Assembly: GCF_002854065.1 (NCBI RefSeq)
Contig: NZ_CP024153.1
DNA length: 64,000 bases
Direction: 5' to 3' (one strand)
Source: Escherichia coli
Lineage (GTDB): Bacteria > Pseudomonadota > Gammaproteobacteria > Enterobacterales > Enterobacteriaceae
A program made the position numbers and the translations under genes. This document shows, one piece after another, positions 41,251 through 51,724 of this stretch (positions within the stretch are counted from its first letter, which is position 1; each line of letters begins with the position of its first letter). The notes beneath the pieces are model-generated. The model was not told the DNA's origin. It made no database searches and saw only the letters and a list, made by a program, of their open reading frames with translations.

Positions 41251-42636
41251 TTACTCTACCCAACCGCCACCCAGCGCGGTAAACAGATTAATTTCGTTAA
41301 CCTGCCGGGAATAGGTAAGATCGAGAATGGTTTGCTGGGTAGCGAAGAGGGAACGTTCTGCATCCAGCACTTCGATGTAACTGACAGCACCACTTGCATA
41401 CAATCCTCTGGCACGCTGGAGAGTTATCTGAAGTGAATCAAGATAACGCTGCTGTGACTCAAGTTGCTGGCTAAGGCTGTCGCGCAGCGCAAGCGTGTCG
41501 GAAACATCCTTAAAGGCTGACTGAATTTTTTGTTCGTAATTAACCACCGACTGTTGCTGGCGAATTTCAGCCAGCTTCAGATTGGCTTTATTCCTGCCAG
41601 CATTAAATATAGGAATTTCAATTTTAGGGATAAAATTCCACATTCCACTTCCTGACGTAAACAGGCTGGACAGCTCCGTACTGCTTGCGGAAAGACCACT
41701 GGTCAGGGTAATGGAGGGGAAAAAGGCCGCTCGCGCTGCGCCAATATTGGCATCAGCCGCTTTCAGCTGATATTCCGCTTCCATAATATCCGGTCGCTGC
41801 AGCAAAATTTGTGAAGACATATTTGGTGGTAATTTTACTGGTGCGATCTCCCCGCCTTTCATCCCTTTTTCTGACGGAAGTGCGCGGTACGTTCCCAGCA
41901 CCAGTTGCAGGGCATTGTTTGCCTTAGCCAGATCGCCTTCTCGTTTGGCTATTTCGGCGCGGGTACTTTCGATTTGTCCCCTGGCCTGTTCAAGAGCCAG
42001 AACGTTCGTACTCCCGGTCACGAGCTGTTGCTCAACGAAAGCATAGGACTGTTGATAATTTTTCAGCGTTTCCCGCGCAATACGGAGTTGTTCGTACGCC
42101 AGTTGCTGGCTGAAATAACTTTGTGAAACGCTGGAGACCAGCAGGATGTGTACGGCCCGACGGGCTTCTTCGCTGGCAAAGTAGTTCTGGCGATCAGCGT
42201 CACTCATGTTCTTAAGTTTGCCGAAAAAATCGAGCTCATAGCTGAGTTTCAGACCCGCGTCGTACTTCTGTGTGGTCGGCTTGTCGCCTTTCAGACCACC
42301 GCTGTATGTGATCCCGGATGAGGCATTCAGCTGGGGATAACGATCTGCATCCGTGACGTTGAACTGGGCCCGGGCCTCTTCAACCTTCAGGGCAGCCATT
42401 CTCAAATCGCGGTTATTATTCAGGGCTTCAGTAATCAGCCGTGTAACCTGGGGATCGACAAAAAAGTTACGCCAGCCCGTATCCTGATAACCATTCACTG
42501 CTGGCGTCAGGCTGTTTCGGGACAGTGAAAACTGCTGGGGTACCGGTGCTGCCGGGCGCTGATATTCAGGTGCCAGAGAGACACAACCGGCCAGGATGAA
42601 TATCGTGCTAATGCTGAGTAATTTTAATTTGAACAT
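41251..42636 (-). CDS. silC: outer membrane efflux protein SilC (CusC-like)
   Basis: ORF 41251..42939 with internal start MFKLKLLSISTIFILAGCVS (lipoprotein signal) giving 461 aa. Confidence 0.9.
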   Translation of the reverse strand: MFKLKLLSISTIFILAGCVSLAPEYQRPAAPVPQQFSLSRNSLTPAVNGYQDTGWRNFFVDPQVTRLITEALNNNRDLRMAALKVEEARAQFNVTDADRYPQLNASSGITYSGGLKGDKPTTQKYDAGLKLSYELDFFGKLKNMSDADRQNYFASEEARRAVHILLVSSVSQSYFSQQLAYEQLRIARETLKNYQQSYAFVEQQLVTGSTNVLALEQARGQIESTRAEIAKREGDLAKANNALQLVLGTYRALPSEKGMKGGEIAPVKLPPNMSSQILLQRPDIMEAEYQLKAADANIGAARAAFFPSITLTSGLSASSTELSSLFTSGSGMWNFIPKIEIPIFNAGRNKANLKLAEIRQQQSVVNYEQKIQSAFKDVSDTLALRDSLSQQLESQQRYLDSLQITLQRARGLYASGAVSYIEVLDAERSLFATQQTILDLTYSRQVNEINLFTALGGGWVE

Positions 42637-42825
42637 AACGCTTCTCGTCCAGGCAGACCTGGTAAATGGTTCAAATGAAGTCCAGAGTATTACCAGGGTT
42701 ACTTTACAGAATGCACTCTGTTTGTCGGGTGACAGGATAATGACAATGTTGTCATTTTTGCTGTAATCCGTTGATAACGATCGTGGGCGCAATAGAATGA
42801 CCTTAGCAGCCAGCCGGGGAGCAAG

Positions 42826-43506
42826 ATGAAAATATTGATCGTCGAAGACGAAATTAAAACAGGTGAATATCTCAGCAAAGGGCTTAGAGAGGCAGGGTTC
42901 GTAGTGGATCACGCTGATAATGGTCTTACCGGATATCATCTCGCCATGACAGCCGAGTATGATTTAGTCATTCTGGATATCATGCTACCTGATGTGAACG
43001 GCTGGGATATCATCCGCATGCTGCGCACTGCCGGAAAGGGTATGCCGGTCTTACTGCTGACAGCCCTCGGCACGATCGAACATAGGGTCAAAGGACTGGA
43101 ACTGGGTGCGGACGATTATCTGGTTAAACCCTTTGCGTTTGCCGAACTGCTCGCCCGGGTGAGAACCCTTCTGAGGCGGGGAAACACGATGATCACGGAA
43201 AGCCAGTTTAAGGTGGCTGACCTCTCGATTGATCTCGTATCCAGAAAAGTCAGTCGCGCCGGAAACCGCATTGTGCTCACCAGTAAAGAGTTCAGCCTGC
43301 TGGAATTCTTCATTCGCCATCAGGGAGAGGTTCTTCCCCGCTCCCTGATTGCCTCTCAGGTCTGGGACATGAATTTTGACAGCGACACTAATGCGATCGA
43401 TGTCGCAGTAAAGCGACTCCGCGCTAAAATAGACAACGATTACGGGACAAAGCTGATCCAGACAGTCCGGGGCGTGGGCTACATGCTGGAGGTCCCGGAT
43501 GCATAG
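42826..43506 (+). CDS. silR: two-component response regulator SilR (OmpR family)
   Basis: 226-aa [28 protein letters not shown]... Confidence 0.92.
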   Translation: MKILIVEDEIKTGEYLSKGLREAGFVVDHADNGLTGYHLAMTAEYDLVILDIMLPDVNGWDIIRMLRTAGKGMPVLLLTALGTIEHRVKGLELGADDYLVKPFAFAELLARVRTLLRRGNTMITESQFKVADLSIDLVSRKVSRAGNRIVLTSKEFSLLEFFIRHQGEVLPRSLIASQVWDMNFDSDTNAIDVAVKRLRAKIDNDYGTKLIQTVRGVGYMLEVPDA

Positions 43507-44974
43507 CAAACCTTCCAGACGCCCTTTCTCACTCGCTCTGCGGCTGACCTTTTTTATCAGCCTGTCCACGATACTGGCTTTTATCGCCTTCACCTGGTTT
43601 ATGCTGCATTCTGTTGAAAATCATTTTGCCGAGCAGGATGTCAGCGATCTTCAACAAATCAGCACCACACTGAACCGTATACTGCAGTCCCCGGTGGATC
43701 CGGATGATAAAAAAATAAGCAAAATAAAGGAATCAATTGCCAGCTACCGCAACGTTGCCCTTTTGCTCCTCAATCCCAGGGGTGAAGTGCTCTTTAGCTC
43801 AGCTCAGGGGGCGGCACTACGCCCGGCAGTGAATTCAGCAGATTTTAGCGAGCACAGCCGCGCACGGGATGTCTTTCTCTGGACGGTGGAGGATCCTGCG
43901 GGACCGATGGATACCGGGTCCGAAATGAAGATGGAAACATACAGGATTATCGCCTCCTCTGGTCAGGCGATATTTCAGGGCAAACAGCAGAACTATGTCA
44001 TGCTGACTGGCCTATCCATTAATTTCCATCTCCATTACCTCGATGCGCTGAAAAAGAACCTGATTGCGATTGCCGTCGTGATAAGCCTGTTGATTGTTCT
44101 GATCATTCGAATCGCTGTCCGTCAGGGGCACCTGCCCCTTCGTAATGTCAGCAATGCCATTAAAAACATCACCTCCGAGAATCTTGATGCGCGACTGGAA
44201 CCGACACGCGTTCCCATTGAGCTGGAGCAACTGGTTATCTCGTTCAATCATATGATTGGAAAGATTGAGGATGTCTTTACCCGCCAGGCCAATTTCTCTG
44301 CCGATATCGCGCATGAGATCAGAACGCCCATCACCAATCTGGTGACGCAGACTGAAATCGCACTGAGTCAGGATCGAACACAGAGGGAACTTGAGGATGT
44401 CCTCTATTCCAGTCTTGAAGAGTATAACCGGATGACCAAAATGGTCAGCGATATGCTGTTCCTGGCACAGGCAGATAATAATCAGCTGATACCTGACAGG
44501 GTCATGTTTGACCTCAGAGCGGAAGTCATGAAAGTCTTCGAGTTTTTCGAAGCCTGGGCCGAAGAACGCAATATCACGCTCAAATTTAACGGGATGCCCT
44601 GCCTGGTTGAGGGAGATCCACAAATGTTCAGAAGGGCGATCAATAATCTGTTATCCAATGCCCTGCGTTATACCCCGGAGGGACAGGCAATCACCGTCTC
44701 AATAAGAGAGCAGGAGAGCTTTTTTGACCTTGTGATTGAAAATCCGGGGAAACCGATCCCTGAAGAACATTTATCAAGGCTGTTTGACCGTTTTTATCGG
44801 GTGGATCCATCCAGACAACGAAAAGGAGAAGGCAGCGGCATCGGCCTTGCGATTGTGAAGTCAATCGTGGAAGCACATCACGGAAGAGTGCAGGTGGAAT
44901 CAGACGTACGCTCCACGCGTTTTATCTTATCCGTGCCCAGACTGGAGAAAATGATCCCGGAAACCCAATGCTGA
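43499..44974 (+). CDS. silS: two-component sensor histidine kinase SilS
   Basis: 491-aa ORF with two TM segments and HATPase region, overlaps silR stop. Confidence 0.92.
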   Translation: MHSKPSRRPFSLALRLTFFISLSTILAFIAFTWFMLHSVENHFAEQDVSDLQQISTTLNRILQSPVDPDDKKISKIKESIASYRNVALLLLNPRGEVLFSSAQGAALRPAVNSADFSEHSRARDVFLWTVEDPAGPMDTGSEMKMETYRIIASSGQAIFQGKQQNYVMLTGLSINFHLHYLDALKKNLIAIAVVISLLIVLIIRIAVRQGHLPLRNVSNAIKNITSENLDARLEPTRVPIELEQLVISFNHMIGKIEDVFTRQANFSADIAHEIRTPITNLVTQTEIALSQDRTQRELEDVLYSSLEEYNRMTKMVSDMLFLAQADNNQLIPDRVMFDLRAEVMKVFEFFEAWAEERNITLKFNGMPCLVEGDPQMFRRAINNLLSNALRYTPEGQAITVSIREQESFFDLVIENPGKPIPEEHLSRLFDRFYRVDPSRQRKGEGSGIGLAIVKSIVEAHHGRVQVESDVRSTRFILSVPRLEKMIPETQC

Positions 44975-45224
44975 AAATAAAGATGTAAATGACAAAGATG
45001 TCATTAGCCTGTCATGCAGCAAACAGAAGCCATTCGATATAATTAGTGCAACTTATCAGGAAGGCTGGATTGCTTCATCAATACCCGGCGTCAGAGTACG
45101 CCAGGAAATGAATATCCAGCCCTCTTCCGGAGAAATAAACGCTGCCGAACTTGTTTCAGTTATGGAACTGAAAACACCGGTTGTACTTCCCCGGACATCA
45201 CTAATTCAGAAATGGAGAGTTATC

Positions 45225-45656
45225 ATGAAAAATATCGTATTAGCATCTTTGCTGGGCTTTGGTTTAATTTCATCGGCCTGGGCCACTGAAACCGTGAATA
45301 TCCATGATCGCGTCAACAATGCACAGGCTCCTGCTCACCAGATGCAGTCTGCTGCGGCTCCTGTCGGGATCCAGGGGACTGCTCCTCGTATGACCGGTAT
45401 GGACCAGCATGAACAGGCCATTATTGCTCATGAGACCATGACGAACGGCTCGGCGGATGCGCACCAGAAAATGGTGGAAAGTCATCAGAAGATGATGGGA
45501 AATAACACGGTATCCACGACCGTCCCGTCAACGTCTTACGCGGCGATGAATGAGCATGAAAGAGCAGCGGTTGCCCATGAATTCATGAATAACGGGCAAT
45601 CCGGCCCACATCAGGCTATGGCCGAAGCGCACCGCCGCATGATCAATGCAGGCTGA
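45225..45656 (+). CDS. silE: periplasmic silver-binding protein SilE
   Basis: ORF 45108..45656 with internal start MKNIVLASLLGFGLISSAWA; His/Met-rich repeats. Confidence 0.9.
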   Translation: MKNIVLASLLGFGLISSAWATETVNIHDRVNNAQAPAHQMQSAAAPVGIQGTAPRMTGMDQHEQAIIAHETMTNGSADAHQKMVESHQKMMGNNTVSTTVPSTSYAAMNEHERAAVAHEFMNNGQSGPHQAMAEAHRRMINAG

Positions 45657-45799
45657 ATGCGACGGTAGTATCCGTGCTGTTACCTTTTCCCTGATAGATT
45701 TTCCTGAAACAACGTTGCTACATTTTTGCCCCCCGTCAGGGGGCTTTTTTGTCTGACTCAGCTACACTTAACCGGTACCTGTCTGAAAGGAATTATTAT

Positions 45800-46150
45800 A
45801 TGAAAATCAAAAACACCCTTTTTGTAATATTAATGTTATCCCTGCCAGCCATTTCTGCTGAACATTCGGAAATGAAAATGTCAGATATGCACTCATCGGC
45901 ATCATCACAGGAATATATGGCTGGCATGAAAAATATGCATGAAAAAATGATGGCCGCCGTTAATGAATCCAATCCCGATAAGGCCTTTGCAAAAGGTATG
46001 ATCGCACACCATGAAGGGGCAATCGCAATGGCTGAGACCGAGCTCAAATACGGAAAAGATCCCGAAATGAGAAAGCTTGCGCAGGACATCATTAAAGCTC
46101 AAAAAGGTGAAATTGAGCAGATGAATAAATGGCTTGACAGTCATAAATAA
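45800..46150 (+). CDS. DUF305-type periplasmic four-helix metal-binding protein
   Basis: ORF 45749..46150 with internal start MKIKNTLFVILMLSLPAISA; Met/His-rich. Confidence 0.6.
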   Translation: MKIKNTLFVILMLSLPAISAEHSEMKMSDMHSSASSQEYMAGMKNMHEKMMAAVNESNPDKAFAKGMIAHHEGAIAMAETELKYGKDPEMRKLAQDIIKAQKGEIEQMNKWLDSHK

Positions 46151-46225
46151 TGAACACTGGAGTGTTGTCTTGCGCACCCTCTTAGGGTACCCCCGGACAC
46201 GAAAATATATAGCACTTAACTAATT

Positions 46226-46252
46226 AAAAACCCGAATAATTTCGGGTTTTTA
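46226..46252 (+). terminator. rho-independent terminator AAAAACCCGAAATAATTTCGGGTTTTT
   Basis: perfect hairpin with T-run after the 45800..46150 gene. Confidence 0.7.
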
Positions 46253-46537
46253 ATGTAACTTTCTTTTCTGAACGGAAATAATAGTCATACAATTTAATTT
46301 TCTTGTAATTACTCCTACTTTTAATCAGGTACTGGACGATGGATAACGACTCCCGCCTGAGAGGGAAAATCCGTCTGGTTACCTGGCGCTATACTTAACC
46401 GATTGATCGACATGCCATGCTGGTAAAATATTAAAATCCTCCCCCATAAATCTGAACCACATGACAGGATTGATAGTCAGGCAGTATTTCACATTCATTG
46501 CTAAAAAAATAAAAATAAGCATGCATCTTCTCGAAGA

Positions 46538-47452
46538 TTAATTACCTTCCATCTTGTAAAAAAGAATCAAATCCTCTAATAATATCTCGATTCCCGCTTT
46601 TTTTAATACATCTTTCCGCTCGGCATATATTTTCCTCAACATATCTTCAAACCCCTTGCCAAGATGAATTTGTTTATGGCAGTTGCAACATAGTGATATG
46701 ATATTCTCTTCCACATCCAGTGAATTCTCAAAATAGTCTTGCTTTGACATCGGGACAATGTGATGAGGTTCTGTGTAATTTAGAGGAGAGTTTCGCCTTC
46801 TGAACGTTGGATGGTCGCAATTAATTTCACATTTATAATCAGCTTTGTTAAGCGCATTTTTTGAAACAGATTTACTTCTTGGGTATGAGAGTCCATTTTT
46901 GACTTCTATTGCAGCTTTCTTAGGTTTCGCTTTTTCGCTATACTCAAATGTCTGAGTAACGTCAAAGTGATTACTTTCTTCTAGAGCAGTGATCAAATCA
47001 TTATCTGAGTAAAAATCAATGCTTGAGCTTTCGTTCGTACTAAAAAAATCTAGTTCTTTTATTGCCTGAACAAGTTCTTCACGGATAGTCCATAAATTTC
47101 GCTTTGGGTTTCCTTTAATTTCTCTACTTTTCATGACTGTAATGAATTTTGTCCCGGAAGCAATCTTTCCGACTCCTTTAACCTCGAATCGGCCAAGCTG
47201 CTTCTGAACTCTTCCACCCAACCCATTGATTACACCATTAGCACTCATACTGTGCAGGTCGTACTTCTTGCCGATATCGAAACATGTACAGGAATGGTCT
47301 GGCTCAATGAACCATTTTTTTAACGCTGCAATACTTTTGTCATCAAAAACTTTTTTATCCCTTAATAAAATCTTCCATTCTTCAACGCTAATATCTATAT
47401 CACAGACGTATTCACCATCAATTACTTCACATATTTTTTCAATCATGTCCAT
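46538..47452 (-). CDS. HNH nuclease domain protein (304 aa), low GC
   Basis: C-terminal motif ...EPHHIVPMSKQDY...LCCNCHKQIH; gene appears markedly AT-rich relative to neighbours; no methyltransferase adjacent. Confidence 0.7.
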   Translation of the reverse strand: MDMIEKICEVIDGEYVCDIDISVEEWKILLRDKKVFDDKSIAALKKWFIEPDHSCTCFDIGKKYDLHSMSANGVINGLGGRVQKQLGRFEVKGVGKIASGTKFITVMKSREIKGNPKRNLWTIREELVQAIKELDFFSTNESSSIDFYSDNDLITALEESNHFDVTQTFEYSEKAKPKKAAIEVKNGLSYPRSKSVSKNALNKADYKCEINCDHPTFRRRNSPLNYTEPHHIVPMSKQDYFENSLDVEENIISLCCNCHKQIHLGKGFEDMLRKIYAERKDVLKKAGIEILLEDLILFYKMEGN

Positions 47453-48062
47453 AACTCTCTTGTAACACAGGCTTTGTAATAATGTAAAATCCGTTACACG
47501 GCGTTGTATGTAATGTCATTGTCTCTTGGACTCCTACAGTCCAAAACAACTTTGTGTTTTGTTGTCCAAAAACTTTTTGTTGCAGTGAGTTCTCACTGAG
47601 ATAAATCTCGCCTTGAGCGTATCACATCAGCAGACTTCCTCTCAACCTTATGGACTTAACCCGGTCATTCTTCACGACAAAGAAAGTACGGCATTTTACA
47701 TGACGAAGAGACGGTCTCAGTTTCACATGACCGGATAACGTTTTTAATGTACTTCATTATTACGGCACGGGTGTTCAAAGAGTATTTTTAAATATTAATC
47801 ATTTTGTTTAACGGGTGGATACCTACAAATTTTAACATTTACTAATCAAGATAGCAGTTATACGTACTGTCCCGGCAAAAATCCTGAGGTTTACAGATTC
47901 CCTCACCGTAACAGACCCGGTCATTCCCCCTGGTCCTCCGGAGAGTCTAGTACGAGTGATAAACGTGAATTCCTGTACCTGAAGTTCAGCCGCTGGCAGA
48001 TAAGTCGTGAACTATAATTACATTCAGTCAGATCCAAACACCTTTTCATCTGCATATATACT

Positions 48063-49058
48063 TTGTACATACCAGGAGATTACATGCAGGCACCCGGTAT
48101 ACCGGAGAATGAAGAACAGAGGCTGAAGTCCCTGTATATTACCGGCCTTCTTGATACCCGTGACGATGAGCGTTTTGAACGCCTGACGCGGCTGGCCCGT
48201 AAAGCCTTTCAGGTCCCGGTGGCCCTGATAAGCCTGCTGGATCGCGAGCGCCAGTGGCTCCTCGCCTGCCAGGGCGTCGGCGTGCGCGAAACCCCGCGTA
48301 ACATCTCGTTCTGCGGGCATGCCATTCTGCAGGAGGGGCCCTTCATTGTTCACGACGCAGCTGCTGATGAGCGGTTCCGTGACAATCCCCTGGTCACCGG
48401 TGAGCCCCACATCCGGTTCTACGCCGGCCAGCCGGTGAGCCTGCCCGACGGCACGGTGGCCGGCACGCTGTGCCTGATCCACACCGTTCCCCGCGCCTTC
48501 ACGGATGATGACATTGCGTCCCTCCGGGATCTGGCCTGTATCGTGGAAGACGAATTCGAGGCCATCAGCATGGCCATGACGGACAGCCTGACGGGCATTC
48601 CCAACCGGCGCGGGTTTTACCGCGCCGGCGAAAAACTCTTCCGCGCGATGAACCGGCAGGATGCGTCGTTCAGCCTCATCTATTTCGATCTGGACAGGTT
48701 CAAACCGGTGAACGATCTCTGGGGGCACGCAGAGGGAGACGAGGTGCTGAAGGTTTTTGCCGGCTTTTTACATCAGCACCTCGAACCGGGCGAAATAGCA
48801 GGCCGCCTCGGCGGGGATGAGTTTGCCGCCCTGATCCGGCGAAACGGGAACACGAGTTCTTTTCTGCACGCGCTGAGTGCCAGTTTGGATCATTACAATG
48901 ACACCTCGGGCAAGCCCTACAACATCAATTATTCCTTTGGCGAACTGATCAATAACGCAGACCAGTACGCGACGCTGGCGGAAATGATCGGCAAATGTGA
49001 CGAAGTGATGTACCTGAAGAAAAAACGAAAGACCCTGTCGCGGAAAGCAGAACCGTGA
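48063..49058 (+). CDS. GAF-GGDEF diguanylate cyclase
   Basis: 331-aa ORF with RLGGDEFAAL active-site motif; alternative start at 48084. Confidence 0.85.
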   Translation: MYIPGDYMQAPGIPENEEQRLKSLYITGLLDTRDDERFERLTRLARKAFQVPVALISLLDRERQWLLACQGVGVRETPRNISFCGHAILQEGPFIVHDAAADERFRDNPLVTGEPHIRFYAGQPVSLPDGTVAGTLCLIHTVPRAFTDDDIASLRDLACIVEDEFEAISMAMTDSLTGIPNRRGFYRAGEKLFRAMNRQDASFSLIYFDLDRFKPVNDLWGHAEGDEVLKVFAGFLHQHLEPGEIAGRLGGDEFAALIRRNGNTSSFLHALSASLDHYNDTSGKPYNINYSFGELINNADQYATLAEMIGKCDEVMYLKKKRKTLSRKAEP

Positions 49059-49627
49059 CGTTCTCCTTCCCGGCTGATCCCCTGCCCCGGGGTTCAGCCG
49101 GACGGCAGGAACAATATATTTAACCTCATGGCGCATAAAGTCATTTATATTTGCTCATGGCGCAATAATCCTCTCATCGCAACAATTACTCGTTTTTTGT
49201 GTCCATGCTGCAAAAATTCCTCTCTTCCTCTCCCGAGATCCGAAAAAAGGTAGTCCCGGATCTCTGCGAACCCCACCGGCGCGCAGCGGCCCGACAACAC
49301 AAGATGTAGCGGTGTTTCCAGCTGATAGTGACGCCATATGTTGTGTCCCTCTCCTGCCCCGTGACCCGGCGCGCAGCATCAGAAAACAGTGCTTCGCTTA
49401 CTTCCTGACCGTGATAAACTTCCGGAAACTTCGCTAAATGTGAAAAGTCGGATCTGCCGGAAACGGTCATTCGGTAATTTAACAGCGTTGCTATATGGCT
49501 GCTTATTATCAGTCAAAAAAATAATTACAGTATGGGAAATTCATCCAGGTGACAGATGCAGGATTGTGCTCAGCTAATTATACCTTGCGTCATAATTACA
49601 CTTAGTGACTATTTATTAGGAGGCTAA

Positions 49628-49924
49628 ATGCACGCATCAATGGTTCATGTCTGGGAGTATCTGACACGTTGTGGTCATAAATTTCTATGGCTAAAAATTA
49701 ACCCTCTACCTCCAGGATATACCGGTTCGGTATACAGAGCGCAGTTTGAAATTTACAGCGCGTCGGGCCGTATTCTGGTCACGCTTGATGTGCACAGACA
49801 GCAATGGGTGTGTTCAGCAAACAATCCTCGCCGTGAACCTGCTGATAAAAACGGGGTCATGCTTGATAGCGGTATACCTCTGGATAGAAACCTCGCATCA
49901 CATTATGCAAAACAGGGGTACTGA
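49628..49924 (+). CDS. hypothetical protein (98 aa)
   Basis: ORF only; first of three tightly coupled ORFs. Confidence 0.4.
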   Translation: MHASMVHVWEYLTRCGHKFLWLKINPLPPGYTGSVYRAQFEIYSASGRILVTLDVHRQQWVCSANNPRREPADKNGVMLDSGIPLDRNLASHYAKQGY

Positions 49925-49988
49925 ATGAATCTAACCCTGGTACAAGCACTGGCAGATGCCTGGCGGGATTTCTCAATAAGGATCAAAC

Positions 49989-50660
49989 ATGGCTGACTGG
50001 TTTATTGCGACTGAGGGCGTGAAGGTGGTGAAGGACAGTGCCAGCCTGTGGCCGCAGATCGTTACGGCTATTTCCTCTGCCGGCGCAGCCCTGGTGGGTG
50101 TTGCTCTCACACACCGTTTTACCCGCAGGCGTGAAGAAGCTACTGCTGCACGTAAACGTTACGATGAATTGTACTTTATATCTACCGAGCTAGTTTTTCT
50201 GCTGGAGCGTTTTGCACAACGCTGTGTTTATTCTGCTAATGAATCAGGGGAATATGACCAAGATGGACGTATTAGGATTGAGTATTCTTTACCTGAAATC
50301 AATTTCGAGTCCATTACTGGGGACTGGCGTTCTCTGCCACCAGGATTGATGTACAGACTTGCTGAATTGCCAGTCATCTGCAGGGAAGCCGCGAGTTCTA
50401 TAAGTGCGGCGTTCAATGAAGATACTCCCTTCGATGGATCGTATGGAATTTTCGAACTTAACAGGCAGTCTGCAAGACTCGGATTAAAAGCAATACGTTT
50501 ATCCCGTTGGCTACGTCAGCTATGCGATATGCCTGGGGACAGGTTGTCTGACGACCGTTGGTCGGCATGGAGTGTTTTGTATCGGAAGCGCTGGGAGCAT
50601 ATTAGGAATAATAACAATGTTCACCGCCGATATAAACGGTTGCCTGATGTTACTGAGTAG
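49989..50660 (+). CDS. hypothetical membrane-anchored protein (223 aa)
   Basis: one N-terminal hydrophobic segment; ends 20 bp before the recombinase gene. Confidence 0.5.
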   Translation: MADWFIATEGVKVVKDSASLWPQIVTAISSAGAALVGVALTHRFTRRREEATAARKRYDELYFISTELVFLLERFAQRCVYSANESGEYDQDGRIRIEYSLPEINFESITGDWRSLPPGLMYRLAELPVICREAASSISAAFNEDTPFDGSYGIFELNRQSARLGLKAIRLSRWLRQLCDMPGDRLSDDRWSAWSVLYRKRWEHIRNNNNVHRRYKRLPDVTE

Positions 50661-50679
50661 ATGGCTCAGGAGTTAGACT

Positions 50680-51468
50680 ATGAATAATAATTTCCCGGCA
50701 GGTATCAGGGATAACACACGGAACACCTCGATGAATCTGCCAGTAGCCATCGATTACCCTGCCGCTCTCGCCCTGCGTCAGATGGCGCTCGTGCAGGATG
50801 AACTCCCGAAATACCTGCTGGCGCCGGAAGTCAGCGCCCTGCTCCATTACGTGCCGGATCTTCACCGCAAGATGCTGCTGGCGACGCTGTGGAACACCGG
50901 CGCGCGCATTAATGAAGCGCTCGCGCTGACCCGGGGGGATTTTTCGCTGGCGCCGCCGTATCCTTTCGTGCAGCTGGCCACGCTCAAGCAGCGCACCGAG
51001 AAAGCGGCCAGGACGGCAGGTCGTGCCCCCGCAGGCAGTCAGGTCCATCGTCTGGTTCCCCTTTCCGATCACCACTACGTCAGTCAGCTGCAGATGATGG
51101 TGGCCACCCTGAAAATTCCCCTCGAAAGACGAAACAAACGCACCGGCAGAATGGAGAAGGCGCGTATCTGGGAGATCACAGACCGAACCGTCCGCACCTG
51201 GCTTAGCGAAGCGGTGGAAGCCGCAGCGGCCGACGGGGTGACGTTCTCAGTACCGGTGACCCCCCATACGTTCCGTCACTCCTACGCGATGCACATGCTG
51301 TATGCCGGCATACCACTGAAGGTTTTGCAGAGCCTGATGGGCCACAAATCGATTAGCTCGACGGAAGTCTATACGAAGGTGTTTGCACTTGATGTTGCTG
51401 CGCGGCATCGAGTTCAGTTTCAGATGCCCGAAGCGGATGCGGTAGCCATGCTGAAAGGGAATATTTAA
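50680..51468 (+). CDS. tyrosine site-specific recombinase (integrase/resolvase family)
   Basis: 262-aa ORF with C-terminal HTFRHSYAMHMLYAGIPLKVLQSLMGHKSISSTEVYT catalytic region. Confidence 0.85.
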   Translation: MNNNFPAGIRDNTRNTSMNLPVAIDYPAALALRQMALVQDELPKYLLAPEVSALLHYVPDLHRKMLLATLWNTGARINEALALTRGDFSLAPPYPFVQLATLKQRTEKAARTAGRAPAGSQVHRLVPLSDHHYVSQLQMMVATLKIPLERRNKRTGRMEKARIWEITDRTVRTWLSEAVEAAAADGVTFSVPVTPHTFRHSYAMHMLYAGIPLKVLQSLMGHKSISSTEVYTKVFALDVAARHRVQFQMPEADAVAMLKGNI

Positions 51469-51525
51469 GTACTTAGGAGAATGATGCTGGCGAACGTCAT
51501 GCTCGCCGGTGAGGTCTGTCAGAAG

Positions 51526-51717
51526 TTATCTGGACCAGCTGACGGGAATATCTGCTCTGTATTCCTCATACTGCTCATAGATCGCATGCTGAAGCATCGT
51601 AATACGTTCTGACAACCTGTTGGCGTCCGACATATGCCGCCATTCCCCCTCAATAGTGGTTTTCTGTCCATCCGGGAGATTGAGCGTGATCAATACCTTT
51701 GTATCACGAATAATCAC
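51526..51717 (-). CDS. hypothetical protein (63 aa)
   Basis: ORF only. Confidence 0.3.
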   Translation of the reverse strand: MIIRDTKVLITLNLPDGQKTTIEGEWRHMSDANRLSERITMLQHAIYEQYEEYRADIPVSWSR

Positions 51718-51724
51718 CCCGTCA

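Noticed and set aside
42637..42939. 101-codon N-terminal extension of the silC ORF
   Set aside because: The lipoprotein signal peptide begins at the internal Met (MFKLKLLSIS...); the extension runs into the silC-silR divergent promoter region.
45108..45224. N-terminal extension of the silE ORF
   Set aside because: The signal peptide starts at the internal ATG (MKNIVLASLLGF...); upstream codons lie in the silE promoter region.
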